This document shows, in pieces, positions 1-19,957 of a stretch of 64,000 bases of DNA. Origin of the DNA: Adineta vaga (Eukaryota; Animalia; Rotifera); contig CP075494.1 in assembly GCA_021613535.1 (NCBI GenBank), positions 8,742,001 to 8,806,000 of the forward strand, in the 5' to 3' direction. The notes under the pieces are model-generated. The model made no database searches, had not been told where the DNA came from, and saw only the letters and a list, made by a program, of their open reading frames with translations. Positions within the stretch are counted from its first letter, which is position 1. Each line of letters begins with the position of its first letter. The translations under genes were made by a program, and so were the position numbers.

Positions 1-987
1 TCTCTCATTATCATTTCGTATATCAAATGGTACTTAATTTGAAAATGTTTTGTGGTTCAACAAGAAAATCAAAAAAGAAGGTTGATTTAGGAAGTCAATC
101 TAGACGAACAGATTGGATTTATAACGGTGAGTTAGATTCTTTTTTTCTTCTTCGAAACCAATGTCAAGAAATGATCCTTGAATGCATTTGATGTTTCAAA
201 GATATGTACCTATCGAATATCTTCTAATTACATTAAGAAAAAATTTATCAAGTTATCTTCTTTTTCTTCATTTTTTTTTGGATACAATCTGAGGTGACAA
301 TTAAGTAATAGTTATATCAAAATCAACCTTTCGATAAGAAAGATTTCTTAGATTAATTAACATAATCAGTCTAGCGAAAGAATTGATCACAAAAGAAAAA
401 ATAAGACTCAAAGTACCTTGACAGTATCATAATAATAATTCTACAAATGATAGATCATTACACAATGTGAGGATTTTACTTCTCTCTAAGCATATGTGTG
501 TGTGTATGTGTATGCATATGCATATGCAATACACTCCAAAGATCAACTCTTTTTCTTCTCGCCTTCTTCGTTTGCATGTCGTTGCATATGTACAAACACA
601 ATTTGATGTATATGTTTGGATAGTGATGGTAATACTTGATAATGTAGTACATTGCAGAACAGCATAGCATGTCGAATGAGTAGTCAGGAAACAGTGTGTT
701 ATCGAACATATAGTGGTTTATATATATATATACGCAATCAAAAAAAATGAGGGAGGGAGAGAGAAAGAATAAGAGAGAGTTCAAAGACAATAAAGAGAAA
801 GAAAAATGCAACGGGGAAAAGAAAACACTCGATGCCAATATAGAAAGACAAGAGAGAAAAAGAAGAGAAAGCGAAATACGTGAAGTGACACTTGTTCTCT
901 TCTTTGTCATATAACCATGAATTGAGCCCGCCTACTACTATTCATTACTGTTGCACCTTTATAAATACGTTAACTAAAGAAGTAAGG

Positions 988-3900
988 ATGAGCTGTGAAA
1001 GTAGTGGTTCAATATGGGATTTAAAACGAGCGATATCAATGTGTAAATGGAGCGCACCTAGTCCAGTACCATTACCACGTAGTAGACAAGGTCTTTCTTT
1101 TTCTCTCTTAATATTTTTCAAGTTAATTATAATTAATATTTTTCTTTATATTTATAGCCATTAAAGGTCAAACGACAATTGAATTGATTAAAAAAGAAGG
1201 TTGTCCACTTGGTTTAACTATCTCAGGTGGTATTGATAAAGATGGAAAACCACGCGTAGCACAATTAAAACCAGGTTCATTAGCGCAAAAAGCGGATGTA
1301 TTAGAAACAGGAGATATTATAATTGGAATTAATGGTGTAAAAACAGCTGGTTTAAAACATGAACAAATTATTGATTTAATAAAACAAGTTGAAGACCAAT
1401 TAACATTAGATATTGAATATGATATTCCTAAATGGCGTATGTTGACAAAGACCTAAATGTTTTCTATTTTATTTTATTTTATTTCTTGTTTAGCTCTACA
1501 TGCTATAAATACAGTTCAAACAAAGACAATTCAAATTCAATTAGAAAAAGAAGGACAAAGTTATGGATTTATTTTACGTGGTGGACATTCGGATGATAAA
1601 AGTCGAACACGACCACTTATTATTACAAAGATACGTCCTCAAGGACCAGCTGATAAGTATGAGATTACTTTTTTTTCTTCTCTTTTATAATTTACAACTC
1701 AATACATGTGTTAATTATTTCTTTTTATGTTCTTTATCTAGAGAAGGAACATTAAAAATTGGTGATCGAGTTTTAGCTATTAATGGAATAAATGTTAGTG
1801 GCGCAACACTAGAAGATGCTCATAATATAATGAGACAATGTCGTGGTACAACATTATTTCTTGTTGAATATGATGTAGCTATTGTTGGTAAGATTCATAG
1901 ATAGTCTTTCTCTTACATGAAGAAAAAATCGAATCGAAAGTGTATCTTTTATTATGATGGATTGTTAAGTATAAAAATTTGATCGAGAAGTTGTTTGATG
2001 AAGGTCACTAGATTTATTGACAGTTATGATATCAATGTGAATAATCGTACTTCAACATCGTCATATATGATGAAAAGCAGAAGTATAAGGTGAACATTTG
2101 GCGTTCATTACGAAACTATTGTTTTTCTTTAACCTTTAAATATGACAGATTTAAGTAGTACGCGGAAATTCATATCGAGAAGTTGATTAACTAGAAAGCA
2201 AAATGAAACTTCGTTTTTTTCTTCGTCTATAGAAAGTGTTAAACATGCTACTGGTCCACTTTTAATTGAAATTGAAAAATCTCTTGGATCTACTATTGGT
2301 ATTAATCTAACTCAAAAATGGATTCGTAGTAATCGTTCAATAATTGTTATTGATAATGTCAAACCAGCTAGTATTGCTGATCGGTAAAGATTTTTATTGC
2401 TTCGAATAATAAGATTTTTTTAAATTTAATAAATATTTAGATGTGGAGCACTTCATAGTGGTGATCAAATTAATGCCATAGATAAAAAATCATTCGATGG
2501 AATCTCATTGATTGAAGCCAATGCTATACTACGAGCATGTACAGGTGATTTTTGTCATATTGAAGTAACACCTGCAAGTGCATTGGCTTCTTTACATATG
2601 ATCGTTGAACAACCACCAAATCGAGGTTTGATTGATTTTCTAATCGAAAACATGGAGTAAGTTGAATAAATTTCTAACTTTTTCAGTTATGATGAATGAT
2701 AATAATCACCCATCATTTTACCGTCCAACAGTACAAATCAATAATACAATGACACGAAATAATTATCATACTCAAAGTCGTAAAACACTTCATAAAACAA
2801 GACAAAATTCGATGAGTAAGATTATAGAAAGATATTTTATGAACTTCTTCAAGATAGATAGAAATCGATTGTAAATAGAAAATTTCGAATGAAACACTTA
2901 TAATCCTAGGTCTTCATTCGTTGAATAATCTATCGAACAAAACATTATCGTTCATTATGAACATGTATAATCTCTATGAATTAGGTAAAATGATATCATA
3001 ATCAAGATTTGCTCGTTGATTTGTATTGTCGTATGTTTTCTCACTTGAAGATGATCTATTTATCACATTATGACATTGAGTTTTGTTTTCTTGAATAATC
3101 TCTTTTTGATTTACTCTTCGAATAGGTTCACTTAATTCATGTTATCAAACATTATTAAGCAATCAAATGTGTCATACAGAAACGATGGAATGTACTCTAC
3201 AAGTTGATACATCAACATCGAATAGAAATTCACCGGATGATGAAGCTATTGGAAGTTTTGGTTTTACACTTCAGAATGGTTCATTTACATCAGATATACT
3301 TTTACAATCACCAATTATTGGATATTTAGCTCCGGGAGGAGTTGCAGAAAGGTAGAATACATTGTTTATCAAGAACGTTCATGAATGTATATAATTGCTG
3401 TTCATTTAGATCTGGTATTCTTCAATTAGGTGATCGTATACTAGCAATTAATGGGCAAGCTTTAGAAGGTATGTCGTTAGAAGATGCTCGATTATTAATT
3501 AAATCATCCAATCAACAAATCCATCTTGATATTGAATTTGATGTTACGGGTATGTTATTCATTCTTCTTCATTTTTCTTCATTTTTCTTTGTTTATTAGA
3601 TTCTGTCATGCTTTCATCTGGAATATGTCAAGTAAAAATGTTACGTAAAACTCTTGATTTAGGTTTATCCGTTACTTGTATGTATCAGATTTATTTCGAA
3701 TATAATTTTTTTCAAAAAGCTTCTCTATTCGAAAAACTAGATTCTCGAACGGAAGATGTTCCAATAATTAGTGATGTCAAACGAGGTAGTATTGCTTATC
3801 GTTGTGGAATGATTCAAGCAGGTGATCATCTTTTATCAATTGATACACATTCATTGCGAGGAAAAAATCTCAATGATATTCATGCATTATTGAAAACTTG

Positions 3901-5340
3901 TGATGATATTGTACGATTACGAATAAAGAAAGATGATATGTATTCGGAAGATAATCTTTGTGAAAATGTTGTTGTTTATAAAGTACAATTACTTCGACAA
4001 GGGTATAGATTTTAGAATAAAACAATGAATATAAAAATGAGAATCTTTGTTCTTTAGTGGTCCGCTTGGTTTAACAATATCGGGTAGTGAAGATGTATTT
4101 CAACCAATTATCGTTTCCGATTTATGTGAAGGTGGACTGGCTGATAGGTAGATTGAAATAAGTTGTATAGTTTAATTGAATTTATTTTGGGTAAATTTAG
4201 AACAAATGCAATCCATATTGGTGATCGAATTTTAGCAATAAATGATGTTAGTCTTCGTGGTAAAGGTCTTAATCAAGCAATTAAATTACTTCAAACAAGT
4301 GGCGATGAAATCACATTGAAAATATCTCGATTACTTCATCCTCAACAAAGTTAATAGATGATTATCACTAGATTCAATAATTATTTACTTTCATTTTTAT
4401 TTTGTAGAAGATTATACACCATCAGTTGATTCAGCAATTGATTCTTGGAGTAGTTCATATACTGATAATCGATTGAGTGAAAATGGTGAAATAGCAACAA
4501 AAGATATTGTTATAAATGAACATCAACATTATCAAATACCAAATCCTAATGCAAATCCTAGTAAATTGATCTGAATGATTTCATTTATAAAAATTTCAAA
4601 TTTCCCTTGTTTCCTTTCGATTCAGGTGATTATGTTCTTAAACATCGAACACATTCAATGTCATCCGTCAATCATTCACGTCCACTTGGGATGAATTCTT
4701 CAAATGGAACTTATCGTACACCACCACCACCAACAGTTAGTCGTTTACGTCAGTCCGATAATGATCGTACAATGTCATGTAGTCTCAATGAGAAAACCAT
4801 GCGAACAAATATTTATGATACAAAATATGATAATTATGCTCGATATAGAACAGCAATTGATACAGTTACATTAGTTCTTAAACGTGATAAACGCATACTT
4901 GATTTTGGTTTTTCAATATCAGATCGTCTTTATGGTACAGGTGTTTATGTAAATAAAATTCGACCAAATGGTCCAGCTGAATCCGAAGGAACATTAATCC
5001 CATGCATGAGAATTTATAAAGTATTTCTTGATTTTCTTTTGCTTTTGGAAGAAACATATCTTCTTTTCACTAGGTCAATAATATCGATGTAACACGTATG
5101 GAATGTAATCAAGTTGTCCCATTATTATCGTCATCACCAGATGATTTAACATTAGTAGTTGGACGACGTCCAGCACCAATGTTTGATGAAACAGATGAAT
5201 TCTATGAAATGGATGAAAATGAAGATGAACATCGATCATCTCTGGTAGCTGATGGATCTCTTAATGACAATGGTAATCCTGTTCTAGATAATAACAACTC
5301 ATTCTCGCTTCATTCACAATCGAAAACAAGTATTATATAA
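988..5340 (+). CDS. GRIP1: Glutamate receptor-interacting protein, 7 PDZ domains, multi-exon
   Basis: The spliced product has [26 protein letters not shown] (GRIP PDZ1), GPLLIEIEK (PDZ3), CHTETMEC (PDZ4 lead-in), [12 protein letters not shown] (PDZ6) and [17 protein letters not shown] (PDZ7). First intron 1091-1157; stop at 5338-5340. Confidence 0.93.
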
Positions 5341-5462
5341 ACATCGATCCAACAGCATGTTCATCTAGTCAATGAAGACAAACAAAACCTATTCTCCTAT
5401 TTGTACAGTTTTTTTCTCTAAAGCATACACTCATATATATATATAAAATATAAATAAAGATT

Positions 5463-5828
5463 TTAATTGGTTTTATTGCTTGATGTATACAACCATTCAT
5501 AATTTTCAAGAAAATGTTCCGTTTCATAAGAATAGGTACATTGCCAAGAATAAGTTCGTTCTTGAATTGGAATATTTTGTCGTTGTTGTTCGAGATATTG
5601 AAAAAGTAAAGTGTAAAAACATGAATCACATGTTAATGCTAAACGTTGATTATCATATAACTGTTCATGAAGATTGCGATTTTCATTCGAAGATTTTAAT
5701 AGAAATGGAAAATGTTCTGTTTCTAATAATTTAATTTCACAATCAACGAAATCAATTCGACAACGACACAGATAACATTGTGGTCGTGGACGACGATAAG
5801 TTTTTGTTTGACTTTTATATTGATCCAT
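5463..5828 (-). CDS. 121-aa protein with one Cys4 repeat (plexus/GSE1-like repeat)
   Basis: ORF with CYLC...HFPFL...TCDSCFYTLLFQY...IPIQERTYSW; the neighbouring gene has the same motif layout. Confidence 0.6.
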   Translation of the reverse strand: MDQYKSQTKTYRRPRPQCYLCRCRIDFVDCEIKLLETEHFPFLLKSSNENRNLHEQLYDNQRLALTCDSCFYTLLFQYLEQQRQNIPIQERTYSWQCTYSYETEHFLENYEWLYTSSNKTN

Positions 5829-6170
5829 TAAATTATAATAACATAATGTACAAACATCAATTTGAGGAGAAGAAAGAAAATCAAATTCAGTTTTAAATAT
5901 AGTATAGAGTGTATCATGAGGTTTGATAGATAAACATAAATGACATGAATTGTAAGTTTTTTGTTTCGAAGATGATATTAGCGAAGTATAATCGACAAGA
6001 AAACGTGAATGGATTGATGCTAAATACGAATCTAATGAGGAGATTTCGTCACTTAAATGAAGATCAACAGAACTAAAATGAGAAGAAATTAGCAGAATTA
6101 TCTGTGGATCAATTATTTCTCTTTGGAAATCTAGGAACTAAAACTATTACGCCATGGTTAATAAGGATAC

Positions 6171-6832
6171 TTACAAGTTTGATCTAGTAGACGTTGTTTT
6201 ACGCAATGGTGGAGGTGCAGTTTGTAAGGATTGTTGTGTTGGTTCATTAGTTTTAGTCATCATCAATTGTGGACTAACAGATGAACGTACCACTTCTTTT
6301 GATATTTCTTTAACTAAATAAAAGACATGGATCAATTAAGATTTTTTGTTTTTATTTAACTTTACCAATAAGTTTTTCTTGTTCCTTTGTTGAATTTAAT
6401 GAAATTTTCGTTGACCATTCATTATTATTATAACATGAACCTGTTGATCGAAAAAATCCTTTGAAAAAGAAATTATTTGATGTATGATGGAGTTCGCGTT
6501 GTTTATCCAACAGTAAACCACATAGATGGCATGCACGAATAAAATGAGTATTGTCATTGACTAATGCAGCACCAGGTGCTGGAGGCAAATAACGTAAAAA
6601 ACTATAACCATGCTTATCAATTGATAATGATCTTGTTCGACCTAAATAACCACATAGATGACATACGGTTCCATCAACCGATGTATTCGTTGTTACTGGT
6701 GGAACAATTGATGGTCGAATAGATCCAATTGATTTTCGTGCACGTTTCTAAAATGATAAGAAAATATTTGATCTGTCAATGCTAAGATGATGAAATATAT
6801 ATATTTACTTGAATATTAGCTGTTATCGGCAT
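6171..6832 (-). CDS. Small protein with one Cys4 repeat (plexus/GSE1-like), three or more exons
   Basis: ATG at 6832 gives MPITANIQ, intron 6808-6748, then KRARKS...VCHLCG...YSFLRYLPPAPGA...ACHLCGLLLDKQRE. The 3' end is uncertain because the TAA at 6171 overlaps a GTAAGT donor. Confidence 0.6.
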
Positions 6833-9267
6833 TGTAATCAATCCAGATGTAGTAATGCTGTTCTTGCGAATGATGAAGAAAGTCAAATGAACAACAAACA
6901 GTAGTAACACACTCCTGTTGTTGTCGTCGTCGTTGCCCCATCTGTCTTCCGTCACTCATTCATACACGCGCGCTCTCTCTCTCATATATATATATACGTA
7001 CGCAGCCGGCGATTGTTGGGCTTTCTTTCTTTCTTTTTCTTACACGAGAACAAGGGACTATGGTAGAGTAGTAAGAAGAAAAATGATGCTTTTTCTCTTT
7101 TTTTACTCTTATGCTCGGGCATGAGAACGAAGAAACATCACCAGATGGGCCTTATGTCTATTACTTTCTATTTCTTTCTCTGTTATATATCTTATGTTAC
7201 ATGCAACAGCTGGGACAAAAAAAGCAGCATTGACGTTTCTTCTTCTTCTTCTTCGTTTTGATTCATACCAGACAAATATAAATAAAGAAACAACTAAGGT
7301 GTTACATTTTAGTTCTACGAGAAGTAACTAAGACAATGCCAACAATGATTACGATCAACTCTTTATTTTGTTGATGAGAGTAAAATTGTAGATGGCATGT
7401 GTTTCAATCGTACACATTTTAAAATCAATTCACTTTTATTTTGGATACATAAAATTAATTAAAAGTTTGTCATCTTGTCAAACAAGGTATCGAATTACCA
7501 ACATCATTATAGATTAGAAAATGTTCAAAAACTAAGTTTGAAAATAAGCCTGCATTATAATACAAATAATTACACATCATTTTTTATATTCGAACTTCAT
7601 ACAGAGATATCGTTGATCATCATGTTGATAGAATCAAGCACGGTTTACATCTCTTTCTATGAACTAGAACCGTATTAGAATAAATGTGATGAAAACTTTT
7701 TTATTTGCTCGAAGCAATCAATATATTACTTGGCATTCTTTATATTAAGTCACAAGATTAGCTTTTTTTCCCGGAATATAGAATTGCTTGATAAAATTAA
7801 AAATCATTATTCAGAGCTTTTTTGAAACAAACTTATTTATACACGATAGAGATCATTTGTATCACTGTCACACATCCAGGAAATAGAATGAGAATATATA
7901 AGAAACAAGACAGAATGCAATACGAGATGGAAAACAAAAATGTTGGGAAATGAAATCATTTCCTACGTTTCTGATTCTTGAAGTATGTGATACTATATGT
8001 GAAAGAAAAGCGAGATTTCTTTTTATGAGATTCCGTTTTTGCTCGGTAATCTTTACCGAAGAAAATCCAATCTAAAACCTTTTTCCAATTGCGTGTTAAA
8101 CAATAGAAATATTGAGAAAATGATATGCATTAAGCAAACTTCCGTATTTTTTTCATGCGTTCGATTGAGCATTCGAAAAGTTTTCTCAAGATAAGAAATG
8201 ACATATTTCGACACAATTCATTGTTTGTAAACAAAAAATAGTTGAGAACATCTTTATTGACAGAAAACATTGCACTTTTACCATATAGTCGTTACATATG
8301 ATATTTATTTACCAAAACTCAATGATTGATAAATATAAATTTGTAGAAAAGTTGTTTGATTCTTTACTTTCATTTTTGACATTAATAAACATGTTTTTCT
8401 CTCAAAGACTTAAAGATTCTAGCCTCGGGCGAATTGATTAGAATATCGATCAAATAATTGTGTCGGAGATTATTTCCTAAATTTGATGTTTTTCGAACAG
8501 TCGGATCTATTATATAAAGCTTAAAGTCATGACGAAGTAAATGTTAACTGTCATCATGTACGTGCGAGAAAGGACGTATAAAAACCAATTCGATGGTTTT
8601 CTCACAAGAAAGCAGTTGTCAAAGATCGAGGGAGAGAGAGAGAGATATTTTCCTATACTGATAATAAAATCTTGCTACTGTTAGCACTCTGAATATCATG
8701 CAGAGTAAATGGATGAGATCGATATTAGTTTAAAAAAGATCTTTGTTTGTGTGGATAAATAAACTCGATATCTTTGTTATTTATTTCTTATTTTCTATTG
8801 TATGTTAGAATATCAATTATTTTTTCTTCGATAAAAATTTACATTTATCCCATTTCTTATTTTTTCTTCTTCCTGTATTCATTATTTACTATTCATCTAT
8901 CGTTTTAATTGACTTTTATGATAATAAATCTTCTAGATAGTCAAAATTTCTTCATGAGATAGTTTTTCATCAAAGGAAGAAAGATTAAAAAAATAACTAA
9001 AGATTTTCTTTCTTCATTCATCAGTTTAATTTGACGAGAAACAGGAAATACCAATAAGTCATAAAAATGAATTATCTTTTACTGATGTGCTTGTTTTTCT
9101 TCACAGTAAACTCATCCAATAAGCTTTTATTTGATGACAACAACCACAAAAAGCGTACTAGAACATCGTGAATGTCTTCCAGATGTTAATAAAAATTCAT
9201 GTTCTCGTTCGAGAACTATCGTTAGAATATTTTCTCTTAACATTTTCAATTTCTGTTTTCTTTTAGT

Positions 9268-15899
<6,632 letters not shown>

Positions 15900-17087
15900 A
15901 TATGTCTATGATCGAATTAATAATCAATATTATTGTCTTGGCTAAGATTTTTCTTTTTCTTCTTTTGTGTAAATCACTGTAGAATGAATGTTTTCAATCA
16001 ATAATGAAGAATTTATTTTCTGTATGTTTAAGATCAGTGACTTTTTTTTCGAGAATGTTTAGTTTTGAATGTGGTTGTTTACAATTTTATGCGTCATGTT
16101 TATTAGTTTCCTCTGTAAAGTCTTGTTTATTTTTCTATAATAAACATTTAGAAACGGCGAAGAACATCTCAGCTTCAATAGACACATCAAAGTGTATTTA
16201 GATGTTTGATTTCAAAGCTTGTTAAATAAGAAGATCATTTCATCTTTATTAATATGAGAAAGAGAAAATGCCTGGAAGATACATGTATTAGAGTTTCATG
16301 CCTGTCACATTCCTCGAGCAGATAGATACAAATAGAAATTTTTGTTATTATTTTGTATAATGAAGTAAAAGTATCTGTTTTGTTTCTTGAGGATAATTAT
16401 TTGTTAGACAAGCAGTGTTCTATTATCGTTTGCTAATAAACAATACATATGTGTTAACTATCACTTCTCAAATAACATTCGATTAATTAAAAATATCACA
16501 TATTTTTTTAGACAAACTTCATCATACATTGGTCTTTTTTTGTTATCAATAATAAAAAATACTTTATCAAAGTCGTATGATTTAATAAATAGGTCCTTCT
16601 CTCCTATTTGTTTCTAGCTGAATAGGCCTTGAAAGGCAAGTATACACATATACCTGTATACATACACTCGAAAATGCCTCTGCACATCCATTGTGTTCTA
16701 CTACTTCTCATTTTTTTTTGTGTCGTTGTTCTTCGCCTCTGTTCCTTGCATAAGAGAGACGAACATATAATGCATGCACAGTTATAGTACGGACGAGAGT
16801 GATAGATGAAGAAACATGGCCCTTTTTTTCTTTGCGACCGTTTTTTTTCTCTCTATGCCAACATCTATTTTTTTTCTTCTCCCTCTCCCTCTCTCTCTCT
16901 CTCTCGCTTTCTTCGTATGGAAAAGAAAAGAAGCGTCAAACATGGTTGCAAACCACAAGAAATATGACGTATGTTGCGTATAGAAATAAAAAACGAGAAG
17001 GAATCCTTTTTTTTCTTAGAATTCTGAACTTTTAATGAAAAGTTTGATTTTCTTACATTCTAGATGAACTTTACTTGATAAGAACAA

Positions 17088-19430
17088 ATGGTCGATCTAC
17101 TTTATATTGTCACATTTGTACCAACTATTCTACTATCAGCACTTCGATCAGATGACGATACATTCGATAAAATAAATTATAAATATACAGTTGCTTTATT
17201 AGTTCTTTTTGCAACGATAATAGCAACGAAACAATTTGATGATGAGAGAATTGAATGTTGGAATCGAGCAAATTTTATAAAACCATATGTACAATATACA
17301 AATCAGATCTGTTATATATCGTCAACATATTATATCGATAAAAATCAAACAATTCCAGAAGATATTCACAAACGGTGAGAAGATATTGATTCGTTTACTT
17401 TTTGATTGTTAGTTAAAAACAAATGATATTATGTATTCATAACGAGTTTGTCTTTATCTTTAGTACGAGTTTAATTTAACGCTTATATGCATTTGTCTAC
17501 CATGAAGCGTTAAAATGTTTCTTGTTAGAATAATGATTACGAACGATTTATGCAGCTATTTTGATAATTTCTTTGAAAAGGATTCTTCTCATGATATGTC
17601 AATGAGAAAAAATTGGAGAAAAATTGTGATTTCCTAGTATTTACTTTTTTTTTCTTTCATTCTACTTATATAATTTTTCTCCGATATGCAAATAATATTT
17701 AAGTAACAGTTATTATAGGGTTTTTTTGTTAAGCAATATGTTTGTAAAAGTCTTCATGAAATATTTTATTTTGTAATGCATATATTCGATCAAATAGAAG
17801 AAAAAGTTCTTCTCTAAACGTCCATTTAACCTTTGACCGCAAAAATGTGATAGAACGTGGTCAAAGACATTTCAATTCGTATTTTATTTCCTTCAGAACT
17901 AAGCTGAACTTTCCTCATATAAATGATGCAGGCTTATCATATTGTTAGATGTATTTTTGGTAAATGTCAATATGTGTATTTCTCTTCTTATCTGTAACGT
18001 AATCGTGATGTTGAAATTGATCGATAAGATAGATATGTATGTGTGGCATTGAATAAATATAAACAATAAAATAAGTAGAATATGCACTGGGGATTTACTT
18101 CGTTTTATCAGAAAGTGAACATAATTCATGATTATGGTCTATCTTTCATTTATCTATTTCTTTTCTCAGTTACTTTATATTTATGATTATTGTTATAGGA
18201 TGGATAGGAAATTAAACTATTATCAATGGACTCCATTTATATTATTACTAATGGCATTGTTTTTCTACCTTCCACGTTTGATTTGGCGTACATTAAGTAT
18301 TCGTTCTGGTATTGATCTGTTGGATATTGTTGAAACTGCTGATGATACGAGAAAAATGGAGAAATTTGATGAGCGTGAAGAATTACTTAACTATATTGTC
18401 GATACAATAGATATGTATGTTGATGATTCTCGTCGACAAAATGATGCTGAAACGCGACAAGCAACATTATTACAAACAGTATTTCAATGTCTTTGTTGTA
18501 TGACAGGAAAATTTTTAGGAAATTACTTTATAGGACTTTATATGTTTATCAAGTAATTAAAATTACTTAATCATCGATTTGTTGAATCAACTCTTCTCTC
18601 TCTCTGTGCTTTAGAGTGTGGTATATCATCAATGTTATGGGTCAAATTTTGTTGTTAAATATATTTCTTGGTATAAGTTTTTTACAATTTGGTTTTGAAA
18701 GTATTAAACTATTTCGTTTTGGACTTAATCAACCTGAATCAAAGTATTTTCCTCGAGAAACTTTCTGTGATTTTGAAGTTCGAGAACCACTAAGAGGTGA
18801 AAAACCATTACAAAGAATTACTGTCCAATGTGTTCTAACGGTTAACTTATTTAATCAAGTAAACTACTGCTAAAATTAAAATAAAAGTTCATTAATTGTT
18901 GTTTCTTTTAGCAAACTTTCACGTTAATATGGATATGGCTTATTTGTGTCTTGTCTTTAAATGTTTATTCATTGTGTGTTTGGATTGGACGTCTTGCATT
19001 CTTTAGTCCACGATATAAATATGTTTTTACACGTATAACACGTATATCACGTCCAGAAATTCCACGTCTCCGTTATGATTTTAAACATGCTAAACGTGAC
19101 CTTGGCGATACTGTTCATACATCACTTATTGAAGCGTTCATTCTGAATTATTTAGAACCAGATGGATTCTTTATTATACGAATGTTAAGTGTTAACGTAT
19201 CTGATTTTATTGTACAAGAAATTCTTGAACAATTATGGGGTCGTTTTGCAATACGATATGGAGATAAATATGCGATAAAGGCTGAAGACGATTATTTTAG
19301 TAATAGAAAAGATTTTCGACACCTTCTATCAGAAGCGTCCCATCATCCACCTTTATTAAGTGGTGTTCAACCACAAAGCAGTACAACGGGTACAAAAGGA
19401 AATCCAGTTACAACTCAAGAACAAGTCTAG
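17088..19430 (+). CDS. Innexin gap-junction protein, 4 exons
   Basis: DDTFDKINYKYT, IECW...YTNQICY, YYQW, FPRETFCDF, VQCVLTVNLFNQ and YLEPDGFFIIR innexin motifs. Confidence 0.95.
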
Positions 19431-19957
19431 TCTTCTTTTTCATTTTTATTTCGTCTAAGAAAACTGCCATGTATATTTGAAATAAAATTCTAAATATAAA
19501 AGTAACAAAACCTTCATATTAAGAAACTAAAATGTTTCTTTCGTCAAATATGACCTCCTCCTAGAAACTAATGAGAATGTTTTAATGTGTCTGGATGGCT
19601 AATCGACGGGGAAAAACAAACGAATGTTTTCAAGTTTGATTGATCAGATTTTTTGTCTTCAAAGATGTCGCTTGAATACAAGATCTTTAATTCAATTGAT
19701 GATTCATTCATCTGTACGCATAGTGGTTGTTATACTTGTCTATAACTGTCTACTTATCTGTCTTATGATTCATTTCTTTTCATTTGTTTGTTGACTTATT
19801 TATTTACCTACCTACCTGTACTTGTCATATGCATTGCCAATGATTGATCGATCAGGTGAGTAAAAGAAATTTTACTCCTTCTTCTTATACAATTCATCTA
19901 CGAATCAAAAGTAAAATATATATTCAAGTCTTTTTTTTTGTGTTTGAATTCTAGATC

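Noticed and set aside
467-910. Overlapping ORFs upstream of GRIP
   Set aside because: Low-complexity products of TG and purine-rich tracts; probably promoter or UTR sequence.
7140-9100. 2-kb region without convincing ORFs as a possible mobile element
   Set aside because: No terminal repeats, target-site duplication or transposase/RT fragments seen; it is an ordinary divergent intergenic region.
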